This document shows positions 1 to 13,364 of a stretch of DNA of 64,000 nucleotides, in pieces. Each line of letters begins with the position of its first letter. Position 1 is the stretch's first letter. The position numbers and the translations under genes are program-made. This DNA is from Paraspadella gotoi. Lineage: Eukaryota; Animalia; Chaetognatha. Below the pieces are notes generated by a model. That model worked only from the letters and a program-made list of their open reading frames with translations. It was not told where the DNA came from and ran no database searches. The stretch lies in NCBI GenBank assembly GCA_051294375.1, contig CM119267.1, forward strand, positions 615,523 through 679,522, in the 5' to 3' direction.

Positions 1-2511
1 GCTGCGTCGACTCCATCGTCGGCGCCATCTTCCTTCGCCACCGTCAGATCGCGCGCTTCGTCGCCGGTCGTTCCATCCCCAGGTCCGTCTCCGTCCGCGT
101 CGCCCGTCATCCAACAGGGAAATCTGGCGCTTCTACAGCAACAACAACAGCAACGCGCGCAATTGGCGCAGATTGCTCAGCTAAGACAACAACAGCAAAC
201 GTCGATCGCTCAGTTGGCGACAATTGTGACGCTGTCGTCGACGATGACAACGACGGCCTCATCCCTCGGCCGCGCCTTCCAGTCTGCGCAGAGGATCCAA
301 TCCGGCGCGACCACGACTTTGACGCTTCAAGACATTCAACGCAGCGCCATTGTGGCGACCGGCGCCGCCGTTCCGGCCGTCGTCTCCAGCACCGGCGCCA
401 CCATGCTCACTGCGCAACAGCAGGCTGCCGTGATGCAGCGGCTGCAAATCTCAGGCGCCGCGCCGTCTACCGTGGCGCAAGTACAGCAGCAACAGCAGCC
501 GCAGCAACAGCAGCTTGCCGGCTCCGTCAAATGGAATCCTTCGACAGGCATCTCCCCTGCCGGCGCGCCTCCTTTGGTTCTCACCAAAGCCGGCGTCATC
601 CCGAGACAACAGGCCATTCAGTTGAGACAAAATCAGTTGAAGACGTCGCCGGCGCCATCGGCCGGGGCCGCCGCCGCCGTCGTCGCCGCCGCTCAACCCA
701 CCGTACTCAATCCTCAGCAACAGGCGATGCTGCAGAAACAGTTGACGCAAGCGGCGGTCTCTCAGCGCTTCCAACTGGCCAACAAAAAGATCAGCCTGAC
801 ATCTGTAGGCCCCTCGGCCGGCGCCGTTATCAGCTCCATCGGCCAATCCGGCGCCGTAACGCCAGTAATGGCTGGCGGTGCTGCTGGCGCCGGACAGACC
901 GCTCGTCTTGATGGCAATGGCGAACTCGCGTTGCTTATCAAGCAACAACAAGCCCGGGTGAGCGGGACGGGTGGCGCCACCCAGATCCAACTCACCGGTG
1001 CCTCAACGGGTCAGCTATCGACGGCTCAGCTGCTTCAGGCGCAGGTGATGTCATCGTCGGCGCAGGGCGTCGCCGCTGGATCCTCCACGGTTCAGTTGGC
1101 GCCGGGAGGAACGACCCTCGTCAAAACCGTAATGGCGCCGCAGGCCACAAGTCTTGGCGTCCAGGCCAACGTGGCGCTGACTCCCGTTTCCGGCAACAGC
1201 GTCTCCATCTCTCTCCCCACCGCAGCCACGCGATTGGCGCAGCAGGGTATCAGGGCGCAGCGGACCACCCTTACGCCACAGCAACAACAGCAGCAGCAGC
1301 AGCTGAAATTGATGATGTTGAAGCAGCATCAAAGAGCGCAGTTGCAACAACAGTTGCAGGTTAATTAATTAATTAATGGTGTATTTTTATTAATTGGTAA
1401 GATTTACATAAAATTACCGAGAAATAAACTGATAAAAAAACAAAAAACAAACAAACAAACAATTATAATGACAAGAATATCAACAACATCCCTCAGGTGC
1501 GCAAATCGACTCCCGGAACCGCGATTCAGTCGATCCAGGGACAACAGCAGTTGGTCAAGGCTGGAAATCTCGGAACTCTTCAGATAATCCAACAACCAGG
1601 TCTTTTCAGTCTTTTCAGTCTCCAATCAATCCTAACAGCACCATGTAGGAAAAATATTAGGTTGCCAAAACTTTCAACCAACTTAATTTTTTGGTTTAGG
1701 CTCGAGTCTTCCAGCCAAGGCTCAAGCCACCGTCACCGTTCAACAGTTTCAGCAAATCATGGCGCAGCAAAAGGCTCAACACCAACAGCAGCTGCTGCAG
1801 CAAATAATCAGCACGGTCGGGACTCAGTCCGTGCAACCGGCCGGGACTTCGGCCGGGGCGTCGCCGACCGTGCCGGGTCCTCAGATCATCTCCTCGACTC
1901 CGACCAATGCCACTCTTCAGCAGACGGCGTCGGGTCTCGGCGCGGCGCGTATCGTCCCTCAAAACGTCGCCGCTACCCTCCTGGCGCAGCATCAACAGGC
2001 GCAAGGCGGTGGGGGCGCCGGCGCCGTTGTGGCAAGTCTCGGCGCCGGTGCCGTCACCACCATCGCCGGATTGCAGAAGGCGGGGCAGCTGCAGACGGTG
2101 CAGGCGACGCAGGGCGCGCTCGGCGCCGCCCAGCAGGTCATCGCCGTTGGAAAACCCGGCGCCGCGGGGCTCCGACCGCTCTTCGCCCCGGCGCAGCTCC
2201 AAGGCCGACAGGCGACACTCGCGGGAAGTCTCGGCTCTGGTGCCGCCACGGTGCTTCAGCACGGTAGGCCCGTCGTCGTGCAGGCAGCCGCCAATCAGGC
2301 CGTCGTGTCCGCCGCTCCCGGACAGGCGCAGCCCCAACAGGCGGCCCATATCTTTCAGCAGCACCTGTCGACCGCCCACAGCTCTCAAGCGGGTCAGATA
2401 CAAGGGCAGATGCAGGTGCAGGCGGGAATGTCTCAAATGCCGCAGCAACAAGCGGCAGCGCAGCAGGTTGCTGGTCAGCAGGCGCTGCCGTCGCAACAAC
2501 CTCAAGAGTAA
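1..2511 (+). CDS. 3' part of a large Gln/Ala-rich low-complexity protein (nuclear coactivator or chromatin-remodeller-type tail; identity not established)
   Basis: Frame 1 is open from base 1. Exons <1-1359, 1497-1599 and 1700-2511 are joined by GT-AG introns with matching phases (0, 1). Stop TAA at 2509-2511 and AATAAA at 2591. Composition recalls EP400/domino-type C-termini, but no diagnostic domain is present in the window. Confidence 0.75.
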
Positions 2512-3935
2512 AAAAAAACTATGTTTTATCTATACATATGTAGTCGTTTTCTTTATTATGGAAAACGTTTTGTGTAATCGTAACCCAATTAATAAAATAC
2601 ACCAGCTACGAGATTTAGTGTCTCTGTTTCCCACAGTGTTAAATTCGTCGTATCCTGATTATTATATCTTATTCTCTTTTTCTGCAAGTTTGTAATGTTT
2701 ACATATTTCAAACTCCTTGGATTATCTTCTATCGTCATTTCCCTGAGGTTAACGACTGTCTTCTCTGGCCACGGTTTTTTAGGTAGGGGAGTGTGGATCA
2801 AAAGAGTATATTTTTATCTTTATATTCAGACATAGATGAAGATATGTACAGTAAGGCGGGTCAGAGTTGAACATTTTTTCAGAATTTAAATTCAGATTTT
2901 GAATAATATATAAAAAATTTAAATTTTTAAAAATGGATTCTGATATAAATCAAAAAGTAAGATAATGGTTAATAAAAAAAATAATAATACAAATTTTATG
3001 ATAAATGGGTTTATATTAAAAAAATATTATTATATCATTTAATAAATTTAATATTTTTTACTGATTTTCATAGACAAATCATTAAAATTTTAAAAAGTTG
3101 TAATAAAATCTTTATATAACTTTTCAAACTATATCAGAATCCGATAAAAAGTTTTAATTTATCCAAAAAAATTATTATAAATTATTATTATTATTATTAT
3201 TATAAATTATTATAAAAAGAGGTACCACTTTTTTGTAACCAGAATCTGTTCCTATCAAACTACCTGATCGAATTTCATTAAATTTTACATTTAGAGTCCT
3301 AATGACGATATAAATAGAACTATCGAGGCGAATTTTAATATTCAACCCCTGATTCAGGGCCCTGGGGGGCCAAAAAAAACCTAATTTGGGACTGACTGGG
3401 GCTTCCTAATTCAGCAGCAATTTGGTCAGTTTAGCGGTGCGCAATTGCGAAAAACTGTCCTTCCCTTTGGAGTCATTTATCGAGAGCGATAATTATCAAT
3501 TAGGATTATGATAATGGAAATATGTTCCTGAAACATTTTATAACACTCATGCCAATTTTTTAAGAAATAAAAATCTTTTTATTTTATTTTATTCCCAAAA
3601 GAACTCGCGGATCTGTTCTTTGCTTTTGAGTTTATTACTAATATAATATAATATAATATAATATATATATATATATAATAATATATATATATTGGTTGTA
3701 CCAATTTCATAATAATATTAGTTAATAAAGAGTTTGTCCTTCGTCAAATCTTTTGTCTTTTCTTTTCTTGGTCATTTTTGTTTTCTTATAATTTGAGGGA
3801 TTTTTCTCCACGAATCCTTTTACCTTATTTTTTGCCTTTAATTTCACCGCCAGCTTTGAAAGTATCGAATGTAAAACTTGAGCGGCAGACAATTTAGAAA
3901 ATGTGATTCTTAGCGACGGGGCGAGTCTTATCGTC

Positions 3936-6900
3936 ATGGCCTCCGCGGTTGTTTCAGCGGCGAACGACTCGGTGGGGATCTTGACGGACAACGGAAGCAA
4001 AACTGTGATAAGAAATGTAGACGTGGAGTTCCCGTTTCAGCCTTACGATTGTCAGGTCAGAGAGAGAGAGAGAGCGCCAGTAACCTTTGAACACCCCGAC
4101 GAAATCCTGCTTCGTCTCAGGTGGCCTTTATGGACGGAGTCTTACGCTGCCTTCAATCGAAAGAGAACGGCGTCCTGGAATCCCCCACCGGAACAGGGAA
4201 GACCCTTTCCCTTCTCTGCGCCTCTTTGGCCTGGAAGCTGCAGGTCAAAGCCAAGGCGCAGCTCGACCAACGTCTCGTCGCTCTGCAAGAAGGCGGTGGG
4301 TGTCTGTTGAAAGGATTTTTGTCTTTCGTGACCCCGACTATTGGTCGAGATTCTCGGCCAGACTCGGTTTCACGGCAATAAATAACTATTGATGAGTCAG
4401 AATTAATTTTAAAAATCCCAGAGCAACGAGACTGGCATCAAGTGAAAGGCAGGCCAGTCCCCTTTTGGGTTGACAGGCGAAAGAACGCTGTAAACGATTT
4501 ATGGATTTTAAATCAAAATAATACTATACGACAAGAAATTTAATTATTAAACATTGAGACATGCAATACAATTATAATTAAGCAAAACAAAAGGACGGCC
4601 CGACATTTAAAATGTCAATGATCAACCACATTTTCTTAACGAAATGAAATCCTCAGGCGACTTTGTTGAATCTTCTCTTCGTCGCGATCAATTCTCCGGC
4701 GTCGGCGATTGGGGCGGCGCCTTCGCCTCCTCCGGCGCCGCGTTTTTCGGCTCGGGACCGCAAATCATCTACGCCTCCCGCACGCACTCCCAACTCTCTC
4801 AGGCCATGGCCGAGCTGAAGCGGAGCCCCTACGGCCGCCTCTTTCGCGCTTGCATCCTCGGCGCCCGCGAACAGTTCTGCATCCATGACGAGGTGCAGCG
4901 GACCGAGAACCACAGCGCCAAGGTGCACCTCTGCCGCGCTAAGGTCAAGGCCAACATCTGTCCCTTTTACAACAAGCTGCAGAACAAAGACTTGAACGAA
5001 GTGGACGAACGATTGACCAACGAGAATCACGATGTCGAAGATTTGGTCGCCTTGGGTGAGGATTTTGATGTTTATTTTAATGAGCTTATTGTTAATGGTG
5101 TTGTTCTTCTTACTGTATACTGTTTATGAATTAATATCTGATGAGCTTTATTGAAAGAGTGGTAATTTAAATTACATTATTTATTGTATTAACTAAACAT
5201 TTACGGTATTACATGAGATACATAATGGTTATTATGTTATAAGTGGTGAGCTAAGAAAGGGCATAATGGTTCCAACCGGCCCTGACAATAAAAGTATTGC
5301 TAAAAGTATTGCTAGATGTATTGCTAAAATCGTGAAATAAAACTTCTATGAAAACTGTCTAAAAATATAAGAAATGATCTAAACTGCTACAATATGTAAA
5401 TAAGATTGAAGAACTCCATCTCATTTGAAATCAGCCACAGGTTATTCTGGGATCGGTGTAGATTTGCGGAGTGCATTTAGTTAAATTTACTTTTCTGAAT
5501 TAAACTTTCCTTGCATTTGCATCAGGCAAAAAGAACAAAGTTTGTCCGTACTACGTGAGTCGATCTCTTCGTGCGCCGGCCGACATCATTTTCACACCCT
5601 ACAATTACCTTCTGGATCCAAAGGCGAGAAAGTCGTACGGGATTGAATTGAGTCAGGTCAGAAAAAGTGATCAATGACCCAATGGTCATTGCGAGTGATC
5701 AATGAGTCTGAAATTGTCTTCATTAATTAGAGGAACCAAGGGCTTATGTCTTTCTTCAGAACGTGGTCATCTTTGACGAAGCCCACAACTTGGAACAATT
5801 TTGCGAAGAGACTTCGTCCTTCGGGATTTCGTCGTACGACATCTCGACGGCGATCGAGGCCATCGACGAGCTCCTTCAGAAGCTGCAGAACCAGGTGATC
5901 ATCGTGATCAAACACTCTCGCAAAAGAATTTGCATTTGTAACGCTACAATATTCAACACTAAATAATTATTAAACCTCATTGCAAGCATCCCTAAATTTT
6001 TAAAATAAAACCTATAAGTATAAGAAAACCGAATTAAAAGATATGAGAAATAATTGGCGTAATATCAACTGCTACAATATGCAAATGTAATTGTCGCCCA
6101 CTATACCCCCCTTTTTCTCTTCAGGACAAGGATCTTAACTCGAGCCAGGGCGGATTCGGCGGGCTCGACTTTGGCGGCGGCGGCGACGGCGGCCTCGAGG
6201 GTCCCGCCTTCACCGTCGATGATCTCCAACAACTTCGAGTCGTCGTCAAACTCCTGGAGGAAAACCTGGACGCGTTGCCTCTCGGCTCCGGAGGGAGCCT
6301 TTCCAAACCCGGCGCCTTTCTCGCCGAGTTCTTCGCCGGCGCCAAAGTCGACAGAGAAAACGCTGGAGCATTTTTGTCTCTGTTAGAGAATGTATTGCAG
6401 GTTTGAAATTGGTCTGGGGGTGTTTAGAGAAAAGTATTAGTCAAAGGTTTATGTACAGATATTAATTGAATTTTTATCATCGTCAAGACGGCGAATGCCC
6501 GACTTGAGCGAGATGTTAATTTATATTCCTGCTTCTTTTGATCGTTGTCGTCATCGTTTACGTTGTTTTAACCAGAGATGCAGACGCGATCCGGGAGGCG
6601 GAGTGAAACGCGCAGAGGCGCATTTTTTTGAGGTGGCGAACTTGGACAAGAGTCAAAAAATATGGGAGGGAGGCGAATGCGGAGAGGCGCAAAAAACGTT
6701 GCGCGTTCGCCTCTTGTGCTTTTGTTTTTATAGGCGAAAAATCAAAAGGTTTTTGCCAAATTAAAACCTTTCTATTGTTCAAAAATTTTTCTTTTTTTTT
6801 CAAATTAGATATTGCTAAATTCTGAAGCGTTTATCAGCTGCCATTGGTTTTTTATATAACATATTTTTATTCAAAAAAAAATTTGGTTCTGTTTATATCT

Positions 6901-9900
6901 ATTTTATCTAATAAGTTGACATAAGCATATTTTATATCTTTTTCTTTTAATGCATTCATTCACTCAATTTATTTTTTTTTATTTTAAATAAAAGATAATT
7001 AATTTGTTATTTATTCCTATGAATATTTAATTAAATTTTGTTAAAATTTCTATGAATATTTAATTAAAAATTGTTAATTTATCCTATGAATATTTAATTA
7101 AATCATTTATTCATAATTCTAATCTATTTATTTATTTACTTTATTGATTTAATTAATCAAATACTTTTTTTTTATCTAGCATCATTTTTTAAACTGGAAT
7201 CCTTTTTGATTGCTTATTATTTTAACACTGGCATCATTTTTTCAACGGCATAAATTTTTTTAAACATAGAATTATTTTTTTATTATATATTATTTCTACA
7301 ACTTGAATCATATTTTCTAATTTGCATTATTTTTTTTTTGAAACCTATATAATTTTTTGAATTGCCATTATTTTTTAATTTGCATCATTTTTTTTTAAAC
7401 TAGCTTCATTTTTAAACTTGTATATTTTTTTTGATTTGCATTAATTTTTTTTTAACTTACATCATTTTTTAATTCATTTCATTTGTTTTATTAATGCATA
7501 TCTTTTGAAACTTGCATCTATTTTTTTTTTTTTAACTTCATTATTTTTTTTGATTTCATAATATTTTTTTTTTATTTCTGCATTTGCATTATTTTTTAAC
7601 CTTACATCATCTTTTGCACCTTATATCATTTTTTTCATTTTAAATCATTTTTATCTCGCAATCATTTTTGAATGCACTAATTTTTTGAATGCATAATTTT
7701 TAACCTATAATCATTTTTTTTCAAACTGCATCATTTTTTTTCAAATTTCAGCATTTTTTTAAACTTGCCTTATTTCTTAACTTATATTATTTTTTAACTT
7801 GTATTATTTTTCTTTTTTGTATAATTTTTTAAATTTATAATTACCTTTTAAACTTTATGGTTTTAATTTTATATTAAAATTTAAAATTATCAATTTATTT
7901 ATAAAAAAACAATTCATAAAATGGTACAAACAATATAACAATTATCCATTTGTTGTTAGTTTGTGAAAATAATTAATTTATTAATTAATTAATATATAAG
8001 AAACTAATTAATTATTGTTTTAACTAAATTAAATAATTAATTATTGCTAATGATCGTTATCAGATCCAGCATTTTTGCTTTTTTTTATTCTAAGTAAAAC
8101 TAAAACTTTCAGCTTTGAATTGAAAAACAAGAAGAAAATTTTCTAATGCCAATAGTAGAAATATAAATAAAATATGGTAATATTATAATTTTTTTAATAA
8201 TTATACAATTCGATTTTTTACTGATTTGGATACTTACTAAACATTTTTGGATTTTTAATTGATATTTTTTTTAAACAATTAGTTAAAATATTATCTTTCT
8301 TTTTTTAATTTAAGTAATCATATTAATAATAATAAAATGTTTGATTGGAAAGTAAAAAAAGAAATAGAAAAAATAAAGTTAAATAAAAATAAAGGAACAG
8401 AGAAAGTAAGAGAGAGAGAAAGAGGAAAAAAAGTGAGTGAGAGAGATAAGAGTAAATAAAAAAAAATGAATAGTACATATAAAAGATAAATTTTTCCTGT
8501 ATTCTCAATAAAGTCCTTTTCCTAAAGTATTTTTAGAAGCTTTAATCTCTTTTCTCTCCCATTTCTTTTTTTTTTCTTTTTTGCTATCTATGCTTCTTTC
8601 TCTTTCTCCCTCCTCTCCCTCTCTCTTTTCTTTAAAAATGTCTTGCGAAAAATGTTAAATCATGATTATTTTGTTTAAAAAGATTGAAAAAAGTTGTTAA
8701 AACATTATACTTTAAAATATAAAAAAATATTATTTATTTATTTATTTATTATTTTAAACATAAACAAATTTGAAAAGTTTTGCTTCATGATCCATTGCAT
8801 CTGAATTGAAAAAAAAGATGATTATCAAATACAAAAACTATAATAAATTTTTAAACAAAAGGCCGGAGCGCGTTCAAGAGGCGAACGCGGAGGCGATCTG
8901 GCTAAAAAAATGAGAGCGCGAACGCCAGAACCGAGGCGAGGGGCGTTTCGGGAGGCGGGGAGTGGAGCGAACCTTGCGAAAATTTCACCCGCCATCCCAG
9001 CCATTCCCTGTTTTTAACATTGAAAATAGTTCAAGTGTGTAACCATTGAAAGTTAAAAATTCAGATATAGCTTCTAATCAGCAAGATCTTTGAGATTCAC
9101 ATGTTTTATATTCCTCTACTCATCTGTTTGTTTTATTTACAAAACAATTTTTATATATTTAGACGAGTTCAGTTGTTCAGCTCTTTATATTTCTCTCTCT
9201 CTCTTTTTTGTCGCTGCTTCTTCTGATTCGTTCAAAAACGAGTTAAGCTCTGCAGCGGCTGTCCAGCTTTTTTCTCTCATTTTTTTTCTCTTTCTTTCTC
9301 TCTTTTTTTTTTTCTCTCTCTCTCTCTCTCTTTTTCTCTCTTACTCATACATGCATTTATTTATTTTATTTATGATAAATGACTCATCGTCAATGAATGA
9401 TTATCTTTGTATCAATAAATAACTATTATCGCAGCAATAAATGATTATCATCGCATCAATGAATGATTATTATTGGAATAATGAATGACTATCATTGTAT
9501 CAATGGGTTATTTAGTTATTATCGCATCAATAATTTGGTTATCATCGCATTAATAATTTGGTTATCATCGCATCAATATTTAGTTATCATCGCATTAATC
9601 CTTCAGTTATCACCGCATCAATATTTGGTTATCGCATAAATGTTTGGTTATTATCATATTAATAATCAATTATTATTATATCAATCAATTATTATTACAT
9701 CTATCAATTATTATTACATCAATAAATTACTATTACATTTACATCAAACAATTACTATTATATCAATAATCTATTATCACATGAATCATTTATTTTTTTG
9801 GGTTTTTTTTTCATAAATTTTCTTTGATAGTAACGTTTGGCGAGATCACTATACTTTTTAAAAATTTTTTTTTAGTATTTAAACCAAAGTAGAACCGGGA

Positions 9901-12214
9901 GCGCCTCCCCCTGGAGCACCAAGACTTTCGGCCTCGAGAAACTCATGGATCTCATGAACTGCGTCTTCGGTCGGGAAGCTGCGCCGGCGGCGGGTGGGTC
10001 CGCCCTTCATTGGACAGCCTATTACAGGTAATTGAAGGAAGACCTCTCGAGTTGACTTTATTCTTTTGTTCCACTGTGAATTTCCCAATTCCTTCCATCC
10101 AGAGTCCACGTGTCCAAGGAAGAGTCGTGGCAAAGTAAGAAGCAGAAAAAGTCGGGAGCCTCGGATCCGTGGGCGGCCGCCGCCTCGACAAAGACGCAGA
10201 GAGTCTTGAATTATTGGTGCTTCTCTCCTGGTAAGGAATCGCGCGGGAGATCTTTCTCTTATCTTTTTTCATTTGTTATCTCCTCCCAAATTATTTTTCT
10301 CATTTAACTTGTTCCTTTTTTCCAAAGGTCACTGCATGCGCGAGGTGATGTCCCAAGATGTTCACAGCCTCATCCTCACCAGCGGAACACTCGCTCCCCT
10401 CTCCTCCTTCACCTCCGAGATGCAGCTGCCCTTCAAAGTGACTCTGGAGAATCCCCACATCATTCGTCCCAACCAGTTTTGGGTGGGCACCCTTCCCAAG
10501 GGTCCCGACGGAACTTCGCTCAGTTCCTCATACGCCAACCGATTCAACGAGACCTATCAACTCTCTCTTGGCAACGCGCTCGTCAATTTGGCCCGGATCG
10601 TGCCCGACGGAATGCTCGTCTTTTTCCCTTCCTACGGCGTCATGGCTCAGTTGACGAGCAAGTGGGAGGAGGCGGGCATCAGCGCGAGGATCTCCCAATA
10701 CAAACCGATCTTCAAGGAGCCGAAGACTAAAGCCGAATTTCAATCGGTCATGTCCGAATACTACGCCAACATCAACGACCCGAGGGGGAAGGGCGCTGTG
10801 TTTATGGCGGTGTGTCGCCGGTAAGGTAAGTTTTTTAAAGTCCAAAAAAGTCAAAAGATTTATCCACTAAGACCCGATGAGTTCCCCGGCCAATGCCAAT
10901 TTCTCTGTTTACAGAGAGAGAGAGAGAGGAGAGAGAGGATGAGGAGAGAGAGAGAGAGTGAATGTTAGAAAATAAGATTTTAAGACATAAAATGAAATGT
11001 TTTATTCTTCTCTTAGGTGAGCGAAGGACTTGACTTCGCGGACGCCAACGGTCGCGCGGTCGTCATCACCGGCCTCCCTTATCCTCCCCGAATGGATCCT
11101 CGAGTCGTTCTCAAGATGGAGTTCCTCTCATCGATGCGGAACAAATTGGAGATTCAAGGCCTGGGTGGAGAGGAGTGGTACAAACAGCAGGCCTTTAGGG
11201 CAGTCAATCAGGTGGGGGCCTGTTGGGAATGGTAAAAAGCAGCAGGCCTTTAGGGCAGTCAATCGGATGGCCCTGATGGGGGGTGGTATAAAGCAGCAGG
11301 CATAGTGAGCGATAAATCAGGCGTAGCCCAACCGGCTGTATTATGTATATAGTTAATTGTTTTCATTTCCGGTCTATTGGAAATCGATTTGACGAACCTT
11401 GATTTAGTGAATGTTCTGCAAAGGACATTTACCTCTGCCCCGTCTTTTCAACAGGCCATCGGACGCGTCATCCGCCACAAATCCGACTGGGGCGCCATCA
11501 TCCTCTGCGACCAGCGATTCGGTTCCTCCAATGCCAAGTCTCAACTCCCTCTATGGGTGCGCCCTTCGGCCGTCGATCATGGATCCTTCGGCAACGGACT
11601 CAAGAGTCTCGTCGGATTCTTCAAGGAGGCTAAGATCGCTTTCCCCAAACCTCTCGTCAAAAACTTGGGAAAGATCGAGGACGAGAACGCCAATTACGGC
11701 GCCGGCGACGCCTCCTCGGCCCGCAAAACCGACGCCGCCGCCGACGCCTTTTTCTACCGGCGTCGCGCGGCGTCGATCAAGTCAAACTCGGTCGAGTACC
11801 ACGCCCCCTCGATGGACACGAAGCGGCATCTAACGGAGGACGACTTTATCTCCACTCTTCCGTCGCAGTCCCCGCAGCTGCAGAGCAGGAAGCGGACGCT
11901 GAAGATCGAATACGAAGAAGACGACGCAGTCTTCCCGTCGGCCCCCAAGAAACTCTCTCTCGCTTCGGCCTTCGACGCCATGGACGCCGCTCCGACGCCG
12001 GAAGAACTAAGGCGGCGTCTCGTCTCGGACGGCGCCGTCAAATCGGAAGAGGAGGCGGCGCTGGAGAGGAGAATGGCCAATCAGACGAAGAAGAGGATCA
12101 AGGTGTCGGCGGGAGGAGGAGGAGCGAAGGAGAGCCTCATCAATCAAGTCTTGAAGAAATCGATGGGCGTGGCGAAGCCTTTAAAGACGTCGACGCCGAA
12201 GAGGGCTGGAGGCG

Positions 12215-12252
<38 letters not shown>

Positions 12253-12932
12253 ACGGACGAATTTCCTCACGTCTTCCTTTGTAGACGCTAGGACCAGACA
12301 CCGTGCAAAAAAAACAAAGCGAAAAAATGCGAATATCATTAGTCGAGCAGATTTCATTTTCTTCGTCTAATCGTTAACATTCGCCACAATATAAAAAAAT
12401 ATAACAATACGAATTAATGTACAGCTTTAAAAATTTTATTCCTAACTGAGGAATTCCTCACTCCCTCAGCCCCGACGCAACCGTGCAATCTTCCTCCATC
12501 AATTTAGACGGAGTCTCCGCCGTCAAATCCCAATCTTTGTCCGTTGAGCCCGAGGGATCCTCGACTCCCGCCGGCCAATCTTCCACCCGCGTCCCCGCCG
12601 GCCCCTCTCTTCCCCACCAATCCCCTGCTCCCGATTCTTCTGTTGTCAAAGGCCAACCTTCCGTCCAGAGCAAAGAGAAGGCGGCCGCGTATCTCGGACT
12701 CGTCAAGAAGAGTCTGGTCAATGACGCGAGTCTTTACAAGAGATTCACTTACGCTCTCAAACGATACCAGAAGGAGAACGACTACGCGCAATTGACGAAA
12801 GCCTTGGTCGAGGTCTTCCTCATCAAGGCAGAATGGCATCCATTGCTGAGGGGATTCTTTCACTTCCTGCGCCCCAATCACAAGACGGAGTTCAATCAAC
12901 TCTGCTTGAATTTGACCGGAAAGTCTTGTTGA
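3936..12932 (+). CDS. RTEL1: Regulator of telomere elongation helicase 1 (XPD-family Fe-S helicase)
   Basis: Exons 3936-4055, 4121-4295, 4657-5055, 5526-5656, 5760-5894, 6125-6400, 9876-10027, 10103-10230, 10328-10825, 11017-11211, 11455-about 12200 (donor uncertain) and 12470-12932. Motifs: [89 protein letters not shown]. The C-terminus is a harmonin-homology domain ([29 protein letters not shown]) typical of RTEL1. One extra base at about 10818 breaks the frame. Confidence 0.95.
4326..4478 (+). ncRNA. Candidate intronic box H/ACA snoRNA (RTEL1 intron 2)
   Basis: Hairpin 1 tcgtga/tcacgg with upper stem tggtcgag/ctcggcca, then H-box-like AAATAA at 4380. Hairpin 2 atccca/tgggtt with upper stem gactggc/gccagtc. 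ACA at 4473-4475, 13 nt below the upper stem. The hinge is rather long and no target was assigned. Confidence 0.4.
6573..9010. mobile_element. Non-autonomous hAT-like DNA transposon in RTEL1 intron 6
   Basis: Ends CAGAGATG... and ...CATTCCCTG form an imperfect TIR. Flanks gttttaac (6565-6572) and tttttaac (9011-9018) look like an 8-bp TSD with 7/8 identity. GAGGCG motifs repeat at both ends, including a 14-bp inverted match (6702-6715 vs 8876-8889). The interior is AT-rich and non-coding. Confidence 0.6.
9380..9790. repeat. Degenerate minisatellite of about 22 bp (ttatcatcgcatcaat-type, grading into ttattacatcaatcaa)
   Basis: Visible tandem iterations in RTEL1 intron 6. Confidence 0.7.
12251..12391 (+). 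ncRNA. SNORA15: Box H/ACA snoRNA, SNORA15/ACA15-like, in the last RTEL1 intron
   Basis: 5' hairpin GCACGG/CCGTGC with pocket strands ACGAATT and CCAGACA, an A-rich H box, a second hairpin gcgaat/attcgc, and ACA at 12386-12388. The pocket complements the conserved 18S sequence UGUCUGG-UU-AAUUC. The 5' hairpin resembles vertebrate SNORA15 as recalled (GCAUGG.CGAAU...CCAGACACCAUGC). Confidence 0.8.
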
Positions 12933-13364
12933 GAAAAGGGTGTAGGGGCGGGAAGTGAAATGGGGAGGATATACTTTCATTACCGTCAAGTGCAGTATTT
13001 TACTATGTTGCCCAAGTATTGATAAAATCTTCTTTCGCCCTTCGTCTACGCCAAACTTATAAAAAGAATTGATTCCCTCATTCGGATCATCTCGATTCTC
13101 TTTTCTCTGTTGACTTCGCCTTTGCGTCACTTTTATAAAATCTACATATAAAATCTGTATTTTCGTTATGTTTTTATCATTTTTTCGTTAAAACGAGGAA
13201 AATATTCTCGTTTCTTTAAAATCGTTAATGATTGAATACTAAAACGACATCCATTCCATTATTTTTTTTATACAATTAATATATATATATTTCCTGCCTT
13301 TTCGACCAAATAAATATTTATATTTTTTCGAACTTTTTTCCTCGTGAGCATTAAGCAAAAAAAA

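Noticed and set aside
259-2695. Overlapping antisense and alternate-frame ORFs over the Gln-rich gene, and similar ORFs over other exons
   Set aside because: These are shadow ORFs caused by GC-rich codon usage.
2846-3380. Tc1/mariner-like element between the first gene and RTEL1
   Set aside because: It has a TACAG-type start but no matching second TIR could be found.
5138-5165. Hammerhead core CTGATGAG
   Set aside because: There is no correctly placed GAAA after stem II and no stem I or III.
5657-5712. C/D snoRNA in RTEL1 intron 4
   Set aside because: It is too short, has a degenerate C box, and abuts the splice donor.
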